Notes under the pieces: model-generated
What the model saw: the letters and a program-made list of their open reading frames with translations, nothing else
Told to the model about the DNA's origin: nothing
Databases searched by the model: none
Part shown: positions 22,959-35,054 of the stretch, one piece after another
Position numbering within the stretch: the stretch's first letter is position 1
Layout of the letters: each line of letters opens with the position of its first letter
From: Squalus acanthias
Lineage: Eukaryota
NCBI GenBank assembly: GCA_030390025.1
Contig: CM059432.1
Location: 32,304,001 to 32,368,000 of the forward strand
Direction of reading: 5' to 3'
Length of the DNA stretch: 64,000 nucleotides
Position numbers and translations under genes: made by a program

Positions 22959-25203
22959 GGCCGCGAAATTCAACCCCGGAGCGCCGGTAGTTTTGGCCTT
23001 TTTTAAAACAAAAATGGCATCCGCCTCGCTTCCACTTCCAGCGCAGCCCGCACTGTTAGCCATCTTGGTGAAGGGGATAGCGTGGGCGGTATGTGCGTGC
23101 GCCGGCAGTATGCAGAGTAGGCAGATCATGACATCAGTTAGCGTGCAACTCTGATTTGACGCAGGATCTGCAATTTTCGACATCACCGCTACATTCAATG
23201 CCCTCTCCTAAACATGCCCAGCTGAACATGCGTTCGGCTGCACGAGAGAACCCTCATCAGCGCCACATAAAGGGATAAGTCCAACTTCCAGGTAAGTTGC
23301 TTATTGCTTTTGTATTGGCTCTTGCAGAGTTTCTAGGAGTACTGGGTTGTTGTAAGAGATCTCAAAAGTTGTTAACAACAACAACAACAAAGTTGTTAAA
23401 GTGTGCAGGGAGTGCTGCTGAATGTTGGGAAGGCCTTGGCTGCGAGTGGAAGGTCTCTGAGTACACCACTTGCTCCCAGTCATGGGGGCTCTAGTTGCAA
23501 TTCCCCTTGCGCTGCAGCATGACAGGGGGATGGAGCAGAGCCAGCAAAGCTGCTCTTACCATCCCTCTGCTACGGAACATACAGCGCCTCTTGGCCACAA
23601 TACTGAAATGAAAGCCACCACAAAACAAACATTCGAAACCACATTTATAAATCAATCAATCCAATACTACATAACAAAGTCAACTAATCACCCTTGTGCA
23701 TTCCCTTAGTGCCTGTCTTCCGTGTGCCTTTGCATGTCCGAGTACTGCAGCATGTCTGGTGGTAGGCTGCTGACATTCAGTGGGGGACACTGCAAATGGC
23801 CTTGAAGGACGACCTTGAGCAGCTCTGGGCCTAGAAGGCCCGGCTGTAGACTGCACCACCTCGGCATGGGCAGCAGCAGACTGGGCTGGCTGGCTGACAG
23901 GCAAAAGCAAGGGCACCGGCGGCGTGGCAGTGGTGGAAGTACGAATGCTGTCATCCTGAGAGAGGACAGCAGGTTCGTGCTCCATGGAGCCACTGCCACT
24001 CCCCCGGGTCGGCGCCTCAGCAATCCTAGTAATCAGTTTGAGGACAGATTGCTGGACTGCTGTGACACACTGCAAGCCCCTTTCCACACTGCTAAACGCA
24101 GCACAATGGCAGCAGTCTGAGCTTGCATGGCAGCAAGCTGAGCGTGAATGAGAGCAGTCTGAGCTTCCACTGCAGCACTCAGATGTTGGGTTGCTTCCAC
24201 TTGTGCTGCAATGGAAACTGAGACATCAGCCATCAGACCCTGCATCATGTTTTCTTTTTAATTTGTTCATGGGATGTGGGCGTCGCTGGCAAGGCCAGCA
24301 TTTATTGCCCATCCTAATTGCCCTTGAGAAGGTGGTGGTGAGCCGCCTTCTTGAACCGCTGCAGTCCATGTGGTGAAGGTACTCCCACAGTGCTCTTAGG
24401 TAGGGAGTTCCAGGATTTTGACCCAGCGACGATGAAGGAACGCCGATATACTTCTAAGTCAGGATGGTGTGTGACTTGGAGGGGAACTTGGAGGTGGTGG
24501 TGTTCCCATGCGCCTGCTGCCCTTGTCCTTCTAGGTGGAAGAGGTCGAGGGTTTGGGAGGTGCTGCGGAAGAAGCCATGGCGAGTTGCTGCAGTGCATCT
24601 TACAGATGGTACACACTGCAGCCACGGTACGCCGGTGGAGGAGGGAGTGAATGTTTAAGGTGGTGGATGGGGTGCCAATCAAACGGGCTGGTTTGTCCTG
24701 GATGGTGTTGAGCTTCTTGAGTGTTGTTGCAGCTGCACTCATCCAGGCAAGTGGAGAGTATTCCACCACACTCCTTACTTGTGCCTTGTAGATGGTGGAA
24801 AGGCTTTGGGGAGTCATGAGGTGAGACACTCGCTGCAGAATACCTAGCCTCTGACCTGCTCTTGTTGCCACAGTATTTATGTGGCTGGTCCAGTTAAGTT
24901 TCTGGTCAGTGGTGACCCCCAGGATGTTGATGGTGGGGGATTCGGCGATGGTAATGCCGTTGAATGTCAAGGGGAGGTGGTTAGACTCTCGCTTGTTGGA
25001 GATAGTCATTGCCTGGCACTTCTGTGGGGCGAATGTTACCTGCCACTTATCAGGTTGGGTCCACAAGTGCGCTAATGGAGTTGCCCATCATTCCATCCTG
25101 GAAATCATGGGCTCCAAGCTCTGCACAAAGCCCTGTGCAAAGTTGGTGCCGGACTCCTCCATGTTCCTTGACAGTGACAACAGGCTCTCTTTCAGGCCTG
25201 CCA
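22959..25203. mobile_element. Third, divergent Harbinger-like element remnant interrupted by a LINE (24250-25053)
   Basis: Begins GGCCGCGAAATTC. A plus-strand MGALVAIP start follows a GTAAGT intron. A minus-strand Ala/Gln-rich coiled-coil ORF (24033-24248) continues after the LINE at 25054-25203. Confidence 0.6.
24250..25053 (-). mobile_element. 3' fragment of the second CR1-like LINE family
   Basis: ORF 24314-25066 has KWQVTFAPQKCQAM..KAQVRSVVEYSPLAW, with tail gggatgtgggcgtcgctggc. Confidence 0.9.
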
Positions 25204-26450
25204 CATACGCTGACGACACCCAACACTACCTCACCACCACCTCTCTCGACCCTTCCACTGTCTCTAAATATTGGGAAGACCAAGCCATTGTCTTCGGTCC
25301 CCACCACAAACTCCATCCCTAGCCACTGACTCCATCCCTCTCCCTGGCAACTGTCTGAGGCTGAACCAACTGTTCGCAACCTTGGTGTTATATTTGACCC
25401 TGGAATGGGCTTCCGACCACATATCACGCCATTGTTAAGATCGCCTATTTCCATTACCAGAACATCGCCCGACTCCGCCCCGCCTCAGCTCATCTGCTGC
25501 TGAAACGCTCATCCATGCCTTTGTGACCTCTAGACTATTCCAACGACTCCTGGCCGGCCTCCCATCTTCCACCCTCTATAAACTCAAACTCATCCAAAAC
25601 TCTGCCACCCATATCCTAACTTGCACCAAGTCCCGTTCACCCATCACCCCTGTGCTCGCTGACCTACATTGGCTCCCGGTTTAGCAACGCCTCGATTTCA
25701 AAATTCTCATCCTTGTTTTCAAATCCCTTCATGGCATTGACCCTCCCTATCTCTGTAACCTCCTCTCGCCTTACAACCCTCTGAGATATCTGCGCTCCTC
25801 CAATTCTGGCCTCTTATGATCCCCGATTTTAATCGCTCCACCATTGGTGGCCGTGCCTTCTGTTGCCTATTAGACTTGACTATTCCAACGAACTCATGGC
25901 CAGTCTCTCACATTCTACCCTATGGAAACTTGAGGTCATCCAAAACATGATTGCCCGTGTCCTAACTCACACCAAGTCCCGTTTACCCATCACCCCTGTG
26001 CTCACTGACCTACATTGGCTCCAGGTTAAGCATCGCCTCAATTTTAAAATTCTCATCCTTATTTTCAAATCCCTCATTGCCTCGCCCTCCCTATCTCTGT
26101 AATCTCCTCCAGCCCCACAACGCTCCAAGATATCTGCGCTCCTCTAATTCTGGCCTCTTGAGCATCCACGATTTTGATTGCTTCATCATCTGAAGGTGGC
26201 CATGTCTTCAGCTGCCAAGGCCCTAAGCTCTGGAATTCCCTCCCTAAATCTCTCCGCCTCTCTACCTCTCTTTCCTCCTTTAAGATGCTCCTTAAAACCT
26301 ACCTCTTTGACCAAGCTTTTGGTCATCTGACCTAATATCTCCTTACGTGGCTCGGTGTCAAATTTTGTTTCATAATACCCCTGTGAAGCACCTTGGGATG
26401 TTTTACTACGTTAAAGGCACTATATAAATACAAGTTGTTGTTGTTGTTAT
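25204..26450 (+). mobile_element. L2 3' region present as two tandem, overlapping pieces
   Basis: YADDTQ motif at the start. The sequence restarts at about 25863 (tagacttgactattcc) and ends in the (ttg)n tail. Confidence 0.88.
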
Positions 26451-26564
26451 TTGTTTCTCACATTTCATTTATGCATGTTTTCTCTTTCTCCTTAACTGCT
26501 ATTTTTGTTTCTTGCACACTTCCTTATTGTCCTCTCCCTCCACTATCACTTTCATCTTGCCAGG

Positions 26565-27380
26565 GATGATAGATTGGACATCATTAGCATCGCAGAGACA
26601 TGGTGGAATGATTCCAGTTAACGGGATAGATATGTAGAAGGATAAAAATTGTTTAGAAGAAACCCTATCGGGGGGAAAAGGAAGAGGATGTCAGTACGTA
26701 CAAACTCCAGTATTGAGGCACAAATGAGAGAGGATATAAAAAAGGAAAGGGCAGACACAGAATCACTTTGGGTAGAATTAATAAATGATAACAGGGATAA
26801 ACTATTACAGGGGGTATGCTATAGACCCCCAGGCCAGGGTGAATGCCTTGATGTGGAACTGTGGGATGAGAGAAGGAAGGCGACTAGTAAGGGACCAACT
26901 AATGAGAAATTGACTGGAACAATAATGTCTCTACTGGTGAGACAGCGCAGGGATTTCCAATTAATGGAAGATTGTTTTACGACTCAGTTTGTAAAAGAGC
27001 CAAGGAGAGAAAACATCTTGTATTTGATTATGAGTAATAGGGTCAATCAAATCTACAGCACAAAGGTGCGGGAGGCTATAAAGTACCAGTGATCATAATG
27101 TGATCACATTTGGCATTATAAGGATTGAAGAGCTTATATAAACCCAAACAAAATTACCAAATTTTAAGTGGACCAGCTTTATGCGCTTGAACATTCTTGT
27201 CAGAGTGGTCCTAGCAGATTTGAATATGGCTAAGGGAGTGAAGGAACTATGGAGTTCCTTCAAGGAGGTGATTCTAAATGCAATGGACCAATGTGTACCA
27301 TGTGAAGCAAAGGTACCAAGCTTAAAGGCAATCCTGTCTGGTTGACATATTGCAAGTGTAGCATGCTTGGAAGGAACAAG
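26565..27380 (+). mobile_element. Old CR1 endonuclease-region fragment
   Basis: Decayed APE motifs ESLWVEL, GVCYRPP and SDHN-like gtgatcataat. Confidence 0.65.
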
Positions 27381-28015
27381 TGATTTTGAACCTATGATTC
27401 CCAAAGCTTTCCACCACTAGGGGTTTTAATTGCCTCATGCCTGGGCCTAGTGTAGAAGTATTTATAGAGATTGATTGTCATGATTAGTCAACAACTCCAT
27501 TACCTCCATTTCACTCATCTGTCATCTTTCTTTCTCCCTCTCCCTCTTTCTCTCTGAACTCCCTCTCCCTTTCTAGGTTTGTTCATTTGTCAAAAATATT
27601 TTCATGTAAACAGTAAGTACTGATGACCTCATCAGAGTAACTAGCTTGGATAAAATACCGAGCCTGACAGTGTGAGTGCAGGAGCTGAATGAGTACATAC
27701 AGTTGGAATGATGAGATCAGCTTGGCTAATGACTGCAACTCTACTGATATTAAATTTATTCCCTCACTGTTCAACTCAGTAAATCTTCCTTGCCAAGTGT
27801 CAGGAACGCTCACTGTTTAGACAGCAGTCAAATAAGATCAACAGATATAGGCACAAAAATAGATGTCAGTTTATTAGTAATCAGCCTCATTTTAAACATG
27901 GGCTCGAGTGACAAGCCTGCTTTTCCTTCACTAGCCAGAGGAGTGCTAAGGCCAGCGGTAGTACATCAATTGGGCATCCTGGCTAGAAGCAGCCAATTCA
28001 ACACAGATCAGGGTT

Positions 28016-28465
28016 AAAGAAGAAAGAACTTGCATTTATATACCACCTTTCACAACATCCCAAAGCACTTTACAGCCAATGAAGTATTTTTGAAGTGTAG
28101 TCACTGTTGTAATGTAGGAAATGCAGCAGCCAATTTGCACAGAGCAAGGTCCTACAAACAGCAATGAGATAATGACCAGAAAATCTGTTCTTTTTAGTGA
28201 TGTTGGTTGAGGCCAGGACACCGGGGAGAACTTTCCTGCTCACTTTTGAGTAGTGCAATGAGATCTTTTACATCCACCTGTGAGGGTAGACTGGGCCTCG
28301 GTTTAATATCTCATGAAAGACGACACCCCCAGCAGTGTAGCTGTCCCTCAGTATTGCACTGGAGTGTCAGCATGGACTAATGTCCTCAAGTCTCTGGAGT
28401 GCGATTTGAACCCACAACCTACTGACTCAGAGGCGAGAATGCTACCACTGAGCCATAGCTGACAC
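28016..28465 (-). mobile_element. Deu-domain-like SINE
   Basis: Full-length reverse match to 10447-10901. Further copies at about 1636-1900(+), 30053-30373(-), 41270-41648(-), 45560-45946(+), 46307-46768(-), 57445-57830(+), 59672-60135(+), 61623-62066(-) and 63420-63657(-). Confidence 0.88.
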
Positions 28466-29107
28466 CTCGAATCTGCCTGGTCTGTAAACATTCTATCTGA
28501 TTTCTTCTCTCCCAGCGCAGTAGCACTAAGGCTGGTTATTGTGTCCTCTCTATTAGCACAGGTGAAATATATAAAGCTGCTTTTCTATTTACCTTGTTTT
28601 AACCTGGATTCTGAGAGAATTGTCATCTTGTCATCCAACATTTACACTCCTAAATCCAGCCTCCTTATGCCGGCACTTGACTCATAGACCCGAGTTTATT
28701 GTGGGCCGAGGATCGGGATAAGGCAGTTGGATTTTGTAGTATAACCATCTGGAATCTAGATTAAAACAGTGCTAAAATAAAAGCAGCTTAGCTGAACACA
28801 GCTCAGGGATCGAATCTGACACCTTATTGCTCTGTACGGGACTCTGTTCCTTTAATAAGAGATTTGACTTGTGCTGTTTTTGCAGATTCATTAAAGAAAA
28901 CTTTTGGTTGGTTGAAGGCCTGTTCACTAGAAGCCTTCCTGCAGTCACGCTGGCATTTAAAGACCCGATTAGATTAAATTATTTGTTCACGCACTGCAAG
29001 CGAAAGCAGCAAGAAGAAAGGGGGCTTTATCAAAAAGTGGGCCAGTTTACAGAAGGTGATCAAACTGTAAAGAGCCACTTATGTCAATTTTTCCTAGCAA
29101 TTTAAGG

Positions 29108-29531
29108 CAATGTTGTCCAATGCATTGGCCACTAGCCCTATGTGGCTAATTGGGAATCCAGATATGGCTAATTGCATTTCTGATTGGTAAATCAAAATTA
29201 AGTAATAGGAATTCCCTTGGGCATGTGAACTCAATACTCTTATTTGCATGGTGTATGCATGTGAACTTTAACCTTTTTGTGCGTTTGTTGGTAAAATGGT
29301 AAAATGAAAAGCAGAGTGTGTGAGTGTTTTTGATCATTGTGAGTGCTTTAATTCCTTGGTTACTGAATGGTGGTAGATGTTTGTGGAGTAAATGTACACA
29401 TGTGAAGTACATTTACCTGTATAGCGTGAGTGTATGGAAGGCGTTTTCTACTAAAATTAGTGCATGTGGCTAAAATGGTATCGCCATAGCTACACATGTG
29501 GCTAGTCAGTGATTTCTACTGGACAATACTA
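29108..29531. mobile_element. Old hAT-Charlie (MER3/MER33-like) MITE
   Basis: Ends caatgttgtccaat / tggacaatacta, with subterminal tagccctatgtggcta and tagctacacatgtggctag motifs. No TSD is recognisable. Confidence 0.6.
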
Positions 29532-29619
29532 GTGTATGTGTAAAATAGTCAAGATTTGTTGCTGGGATGACGTTTTTAATTTTAAGTGACACTTAATGCA
29601 CTGCCTGGTGTACTACTTG

Positions 29620-30050
29620 CCAAGAAGGTCCCAGTTTGATCCCTGGTATATGCTGAGTTACCTGCTTTCAGCTATGACTGCAGCATGGGTGCTAAGTTGG
29701 CCTCAGTGTCTTCTAGGTTAGGGAAGGGAACAAGATCAGTCAGTGTTGCTGTTCTTCACATCTACCCAGCCATTCCTGCTGGAGTGTATGGATGTCAGAT
29801 GAGATCAGGTTAGGGCTTGGCGTGATCTGCCTTTCCTCGTCAAATTGCATCATGGAACATTACAACACAGAAACAGGCCATTCAGCACACCAAATCCACA
29901 CCAGTGTTGAATAGCTTGACAAAACCCAGCGTCAAGGCTCACAGATGAAGAATTACTTCATGGGGCAAGATACCAAAGGGTGGATGGCACCCAAGGAAAC
30001 GTACCCTGGCAAGAGTCGGCATATTTAGCAGACGAGGAAAAAAAGAAACG
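29620..30050 (+). mobile_element. Copy of an older, unnamed SINE-like family
   Basis: Core tgctgagttagctgatctcagctggggc..ggcactac..ttggcctcagtgcc..cctgatcgct..ccagtgacccctgctgg recurs at about 45290-45490(+), 40690-40875(-), 41760-41990(-), 43530-43745(-) and 53960-54180(-). Confidence 0.6.
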
Positions 30051-30814
30051 GTATAGTCACTGTTGTAACGTAGGCAACCAAATTGTGCACAGCAAGATCC
30101 CAAAAACAGCAATGAAATAAATGATCAGATCATCTGTTTTAGGTGTTGGTTGATAAATGTTGGTCGGGACACCGGGGTGAACTTCCCCCGCTCTCCTCCA
30201 AAGAGTTCACCTGAAAGGGCAGACTAAGTTTAACACCTCAGTTTTTAACATCTCATCTAAAAGACAGCACAGCACTGAAGTGCCAGCCCAGATTATGTGC
30301 TCAAATCTCTGGAGTGGGACTTGAACCCCTGACACAGAGATGAGAATGTTACCACTGAGCCAAGGCTGACACCTTGGAAATTGAGAATAAAACACAGCTG
30401 GATAGATGCAGCCAGTCGGGAAACAGGAGTTTTGCTTGGGAATTTCCCCCTGCTGTGACACTGTGAAGTTCCATTCCAGTGACTTCATGAAACAGGAGTG
30501 CCGCCCACCTTGAGAGGAAGCACTTCCTTTTTCTAGTAGTGAAACCCTAGGCAACGAAGACGACGTAGAAACAATCCAAAACTGGGATTGAGAGAAGGGC
30601 TATTGTGCGTATCAAACACAGCTGCATTTAAAAAAAGAAATAAGAAATTTGCAGGGATGATTTCTTCTGGTTACTACGTGTTAGCAGCATCTGGAACATA
30701 AGGGGAAGATTCCGGAAGATTTTCAATGTTTGCCATTTCTAATGAATTTGTAAAGGCATTCCTAAAAATAAATTCCTAAATGGAACTGCCACAACTCTGG
30801 GATTGGACACGGCC

Positions 30815-32445
30815 CATTTATATAGCCGCCTTTCAGAACCTCAGGACATCCCAAGCACTTTACAGCCAATGAAGTACTTTTTGAAGTGTCGTCACTGTTG
30901 TAATGTAGGAACCGCGGCAGCCAACTTGTGCACAGCAAGCTCCCACAGACAGCAATACAACAACAACAACAACATGGATTTATATAGGTGAATGGCTAAA
31001 CCAGTTGTCTGCCATATCCATTCAAGTCTGTGTCCCTTGGACTTAAGGGAGCGAAGATGAGGGCCGTACCAGGGGGAACAGCAATGAGGTAATGACCAGA
31101 TAATCTGTTTTACTGAATGTTGGTTGAGAGATAAATATTGACCAGGACACCAGGGAGAACTCCCCTGCTCTTCTTCAAAATAGTGCCTTGAGATATTTTA
31201 TGAGTTGAGGTGAGAGTGACTGCCCTTGACATCAAGGCAGCATTTGACCGAGTGTGGCATCAACAAGCCCTAGTAAAACTGACGTCAATGGGAATCAGGG
31301 GAAAACTCTCCACTGGCTGGAGTCATGCCTAGCACAAAGGAAGATGGTTGTGGTTGTTGGAGGTCAGTCATCTCAGCCCCAGGACATCGCTGTAGGAGTT
31401 CCTCAGGGCAGTGTCCGAGACGCAACCATCTTCAGCTGCTTCATCAATGACCTTTCCTCCATCATAAGGTCAGAAGTGGGGATGTTTGCTGATGATTGCA
31501 CAGTGTTCAGTTCCATTCGCAACTCCTCAGAAATTGAAGCAGTCCATGCCCGCATGCAGCAAGACCTGGATGACATTCAGGCTTGGGGTGATAAGTAGCA
31601 AGTAACATTCATGCCACACAAGTGCCAGGCAATGACTATCTCCAACAAGCAAGAGTCTAACCACCTCCCCTTGACATTCAATGGCATTACCATCACCGAA
31701 TTCCCCATCATCAACATCCTGGGGGGTCACCATTGACCAGAAACTTAACTGGACCAGCCACATAAATACTGTGGCAACAAGAGCGGGTCAGAGACTGGGT
31801 ATTTTGCAGGAAGTGTCTCACCTCCTGACTTCCCAAAGCCTTTCCACCATCTACAAAGCACAAGTCAGGAGTGTGATGGAATACTGTCCACTTACCGGGA
31901 TGAGTGCAGCTCCAACAACATTCAAGAATCTTGACACCATCCAAGACAAAGCAGATCGCTTGATTGGCACCTCATCACCACCTTAAACATTCACTCCCTC
32001 CACCACCGGTGCACCGTGTCTGCAGTGTGTACCATCTACAAGATGCACTACAGCAACTTGCCAAGGCTTCTTCAGCATCACCCCCCAAACCCGCAATCTC
32101 TACCACCTAGAAGGACAAGGGCAGCAGGCGCATGGGAACACCATCACCTGCAAGTTCCCCTCCAAGTCACACACCAATCCTGACTTGGAAATATATCACC
32201 GTTCCTTCATCGTTGCTGGGTCAAAATCCCGGAACTCCCTCCCTAACAGCACTGTGGGAGTACCTTCACCACGAGGACTGCAGCGGTTCAAGATCGCAGT
32301 TCACCACCACCTTCTCAAGGGCAATTAGGGATAGGCTATAAATGCTGGCCTTGCCAGCGATGCCCACATCCCAGAATGAATACATTAAAAAAAATGTCCA
32401 CCTGAGAAGGCAGATGAAGCCTTGGTTTAACATCTGATCAGAAAG
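30815..32445 (-). mobile_element. Deu-domain-like SINE interrupted twice (121-bp insert at 30957-31077; LINE at 31207-32394)
   Basis: The SINE body is collinear across both insertions and resumes gtccacctgagaaggcagat at 32396. Confidence 0.8.
31207..32394 (+). mobile_element. Second CR1-like LINE family, RT 3' half
   Basis: GVPQGSV, FADDCTVF and GVTIDQKLNW motifs plus the family tail. Confidence 0.9.
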
Positions 32446-32650
32446 AGTAGTGGAAGAATTAGGAGAGAAGACCTGAAGCATGGTCAAAAAGACAGATTTT
32501 GAGGAGGTTTTTAAAGTGGGAGAGATTTAGGGAGGGACTTCAAGAGAGTTCAACAATGGGCTGTATTTTCATCAAAGTTAAAATTTAATGAAAAAGTAGC
32601 TGGGAGTAAATCTGGATAAAAGTTCCTCTGCTCACTATGTGTCGCGACAT

Positions 32651-32941
32651 TCGGGTTGCCAACCCTCCCCGATTGTCCGGAAGTCTTCCAGACTTAAAGT
32701 ATAATATCCCAGACACTCCTGTGAGCAGGATGCGATGCGGCCCTGTCGCATGCGCGCTTTGATAAAACCATTTGATTTATAGAGCGGTTTCTGGTGCTCA
32801 GAGGATTATTATAGCCACCATTATTGGTTAATTGTCACAAGGATTAAAGTGTCAAGCAGCCGATGGCAGGAGAGTGAGAGTGGGATGGTTGGAGGAGGTG
32901 AAACCTTTCAAAATACAGTCCAATCAGTGTTGGCAACCCTA
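32651..32941. mobile_element. hAT-type MITE (TAGGGTTGCCA family)
   Basis: TIRs tcgggttgccaac / gttggcaacccta. Confidence 0.7.
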
Positions 32942-33262
32942 AGCAGAAGGCCTCATTTGCTGGATCCGGGCTGCTGTTAGTTTCCAGAGGGTATTGTCTA
33001 GGGCGGAACCCCCATCTGCGGCAATCATGGCAACCCCCCCGTGTCAGATGGGGTAGAGCCTGAAACAAGGACTTTCTCAGCCTCAGTGTGATCTGGCGTA
33101 AGTTTGGAGGCCGATAGGCCCAGAGGTGTGAGGCGTGCCAGTCTCCAAAAGGGAATGGCAGGATCCAGGCAAAGAAAACAGTGTTTTCACGCCCTATACT
33201 TGCACCATGTCTTCAGTACCCTCCCTTCACTGTTCAGTGCCTGTTCCCACCTCTGTGAACAT

Positions 33263-33927
33263 AAAAAAAGAAAGAAATATTTGCATTTATACAATGCTTT
33301 TCACAACCTCAGTGCATTCCAAAGCATTTTACTACCAATGTGTACTCACTCAACAGTAACATGACAGCCAATTTGCGCACAGCAGGTCGGACAAACAGCA
33401 ATGAAATATATGACATGATAATCTGTTTTATGTATTTTTGGAGGGATAAATATTGGCCAGTTATTGGAGAACTCCCTTTCTCTTCTTCAAATAGTGCCAT
33501 GGAATCTTTTACGTCCACCCGAGGGCGCAGGCAGGGCTTTGATTTAACATCTCATCCGAAAGACGGCACCTCCGACAGTGCAGCACTTCCTCAGTACTGC
33601 ACTGAAGCATCAGCCTGCATTATGTGCTCAAATCTCTGAGTGGATCTTGAACCTACGGACTTATTTCGGCACTATTTCAAAGAAGCGCAAGGGAGTTATC
33701 CCCGGTGTCCTGGCCAATATTTATCCCTCAATCAACATTCACTATTGAACAGATTATCTGGTCATTATCGCATTGTTGTTTGTGAAACCTTGCTGTGTAC
33801 AAATTGGCTGCCACATTTCCTACATTACAACAGTGACTACACTTCAAAAGTACTTAATTGGCTGTAAAGCGCTTTGGGACATCCTGAAGTCGTGAAAGGT
33901 GCTACATAAATGCAACTTCTTTCTTTC
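33263..33927. mobile_element. Two adjacent Deu-like SINE copies in inverted orientation
   Basis: Minus copy 33263-33657 and 5'-truncated plus copy 33668-33927. Confidence 0.8.
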
Positions 33928-34068
33928 AGTGCTCACTATCAAAGTTCACAGGAGGCCAATTGGGTGGGGTATTGGATGGCTGTTGGTACCCATGGAACTT
34001 TATCCCAGCATGAGTCAGTGCCTTCAGGAGAAGAGGGAAGATAATTGGAGCATGGGGAAGAAAATATT

Positions 34069-34154
34069 GGCCCGGAATTTCCTCAAGACATTGCTGGAAA
34101 ATACGTGGGGTTTGGCAAAGTTACGGCAGCAGAGGTCTGAGGAAATTCCAGGCC
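34069..34154. mobile_element. 86-bp Harbinger-type MITE
   Basis: TIRs GGCCCGGAATTTCCTCA / TGAGGAAATTCCAGGCC, with ATT on both flanks. Confidence 0.8.
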
Positions 34155-34515
34155 ATTAAGTAAGTATAACCAAGAGAAGGCCTGAGAGACAAAAACCTCA
34201 TACAGAAAGTATAAGAATCCTTTATTTTATTTGTTTATGGGATGTGGGTGTCGCTGGCAAGGCCAGCATTTATTGCCATCCCTAATTGCCCTTGAGAAGG
34301 TGGTGGTGAGCCGCCTTCTTGAACTGCTGCAGTTCGTGTGGTGAAGGTACTCCCACAGTGCTGTTAGGTAGGGAGTTCCAGGATTTTGACCCAGTGACGA
34401 TGAAGGAACGGCGATATACTTCTAAGTCAGGATGGTGTGTGACTTGGAGGGGAACTTGGAGATGGTGGTGTTCCCATGCGTCTGCTGCCCTTGTCCTTCT
34501 AGGGAAGAGGTCGCA

Positions 34516-34951
34516 GGGCAACACGGTGGCATAGTGGTTAGCACTGGTGCCTCACAGCGCCAGAGACCCGGGTTCGAATCTGACCTCGGGTGACTGTCTG
34601 TGTGGAGTTTGCACATTCTCCCCGTGTCTGCGTGGGTTTCCTCCGGGTGCTCCGGTTTCCTCCCACAGTCCAAAAATGTGTGGGTTAGGTTGATTTGGCT
34701 ATGATAAATTGACCCTTAGTGTTAGGGGGGATTAAATATGTGGGGTTATGGGGATAGGATGGGATATGTTAGGGGGAATTAAATACGTGGGTTTACGGGG
34801 GTAGGGTGGGATATGTGTACTGTGGGGATTAAAGCAGGGACAGGGTACTGGATTTGGATGATCAGCCATGATCGTATTGAATGGCGGAGCAGGCTCGACG
34901 GGCCGAATGGCCTACTCCTGCTCCTAGATTCTATGTTTCTATGTTTCTATG
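34516..34951 (+). mobile_element. HE1-type V-SINE with CR1-derived tail
   Basis: A box GGTGGCATAGTGG, B box GGTTCGAATC, V domain tgtggagtttgcacattctccccgtgtctgcgtgggtttcctccgggtgctccggtttcctccc, and tail gggccgaatggcctactcctgctcct(tctatgtt)n. Confidence 0.92.
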
Positions 34952-35054
34952 TTTGGTAGGTGCTGCCGAAGAAGCCTTGGTGAGTTGCTGCAGTGCATCT
35001 TGTAGATGGTACACACTACAGCCATGGTGCGCCGGTGGTGGAGGGAGTGAATGT

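Noticed and set aside
28827..29105. Possible coding exon after a ttttgcag acceptor
   Set aside because: The peptide is not recognisable and there is no convincing donor or partner exon. It could be non-coding unique sequence.
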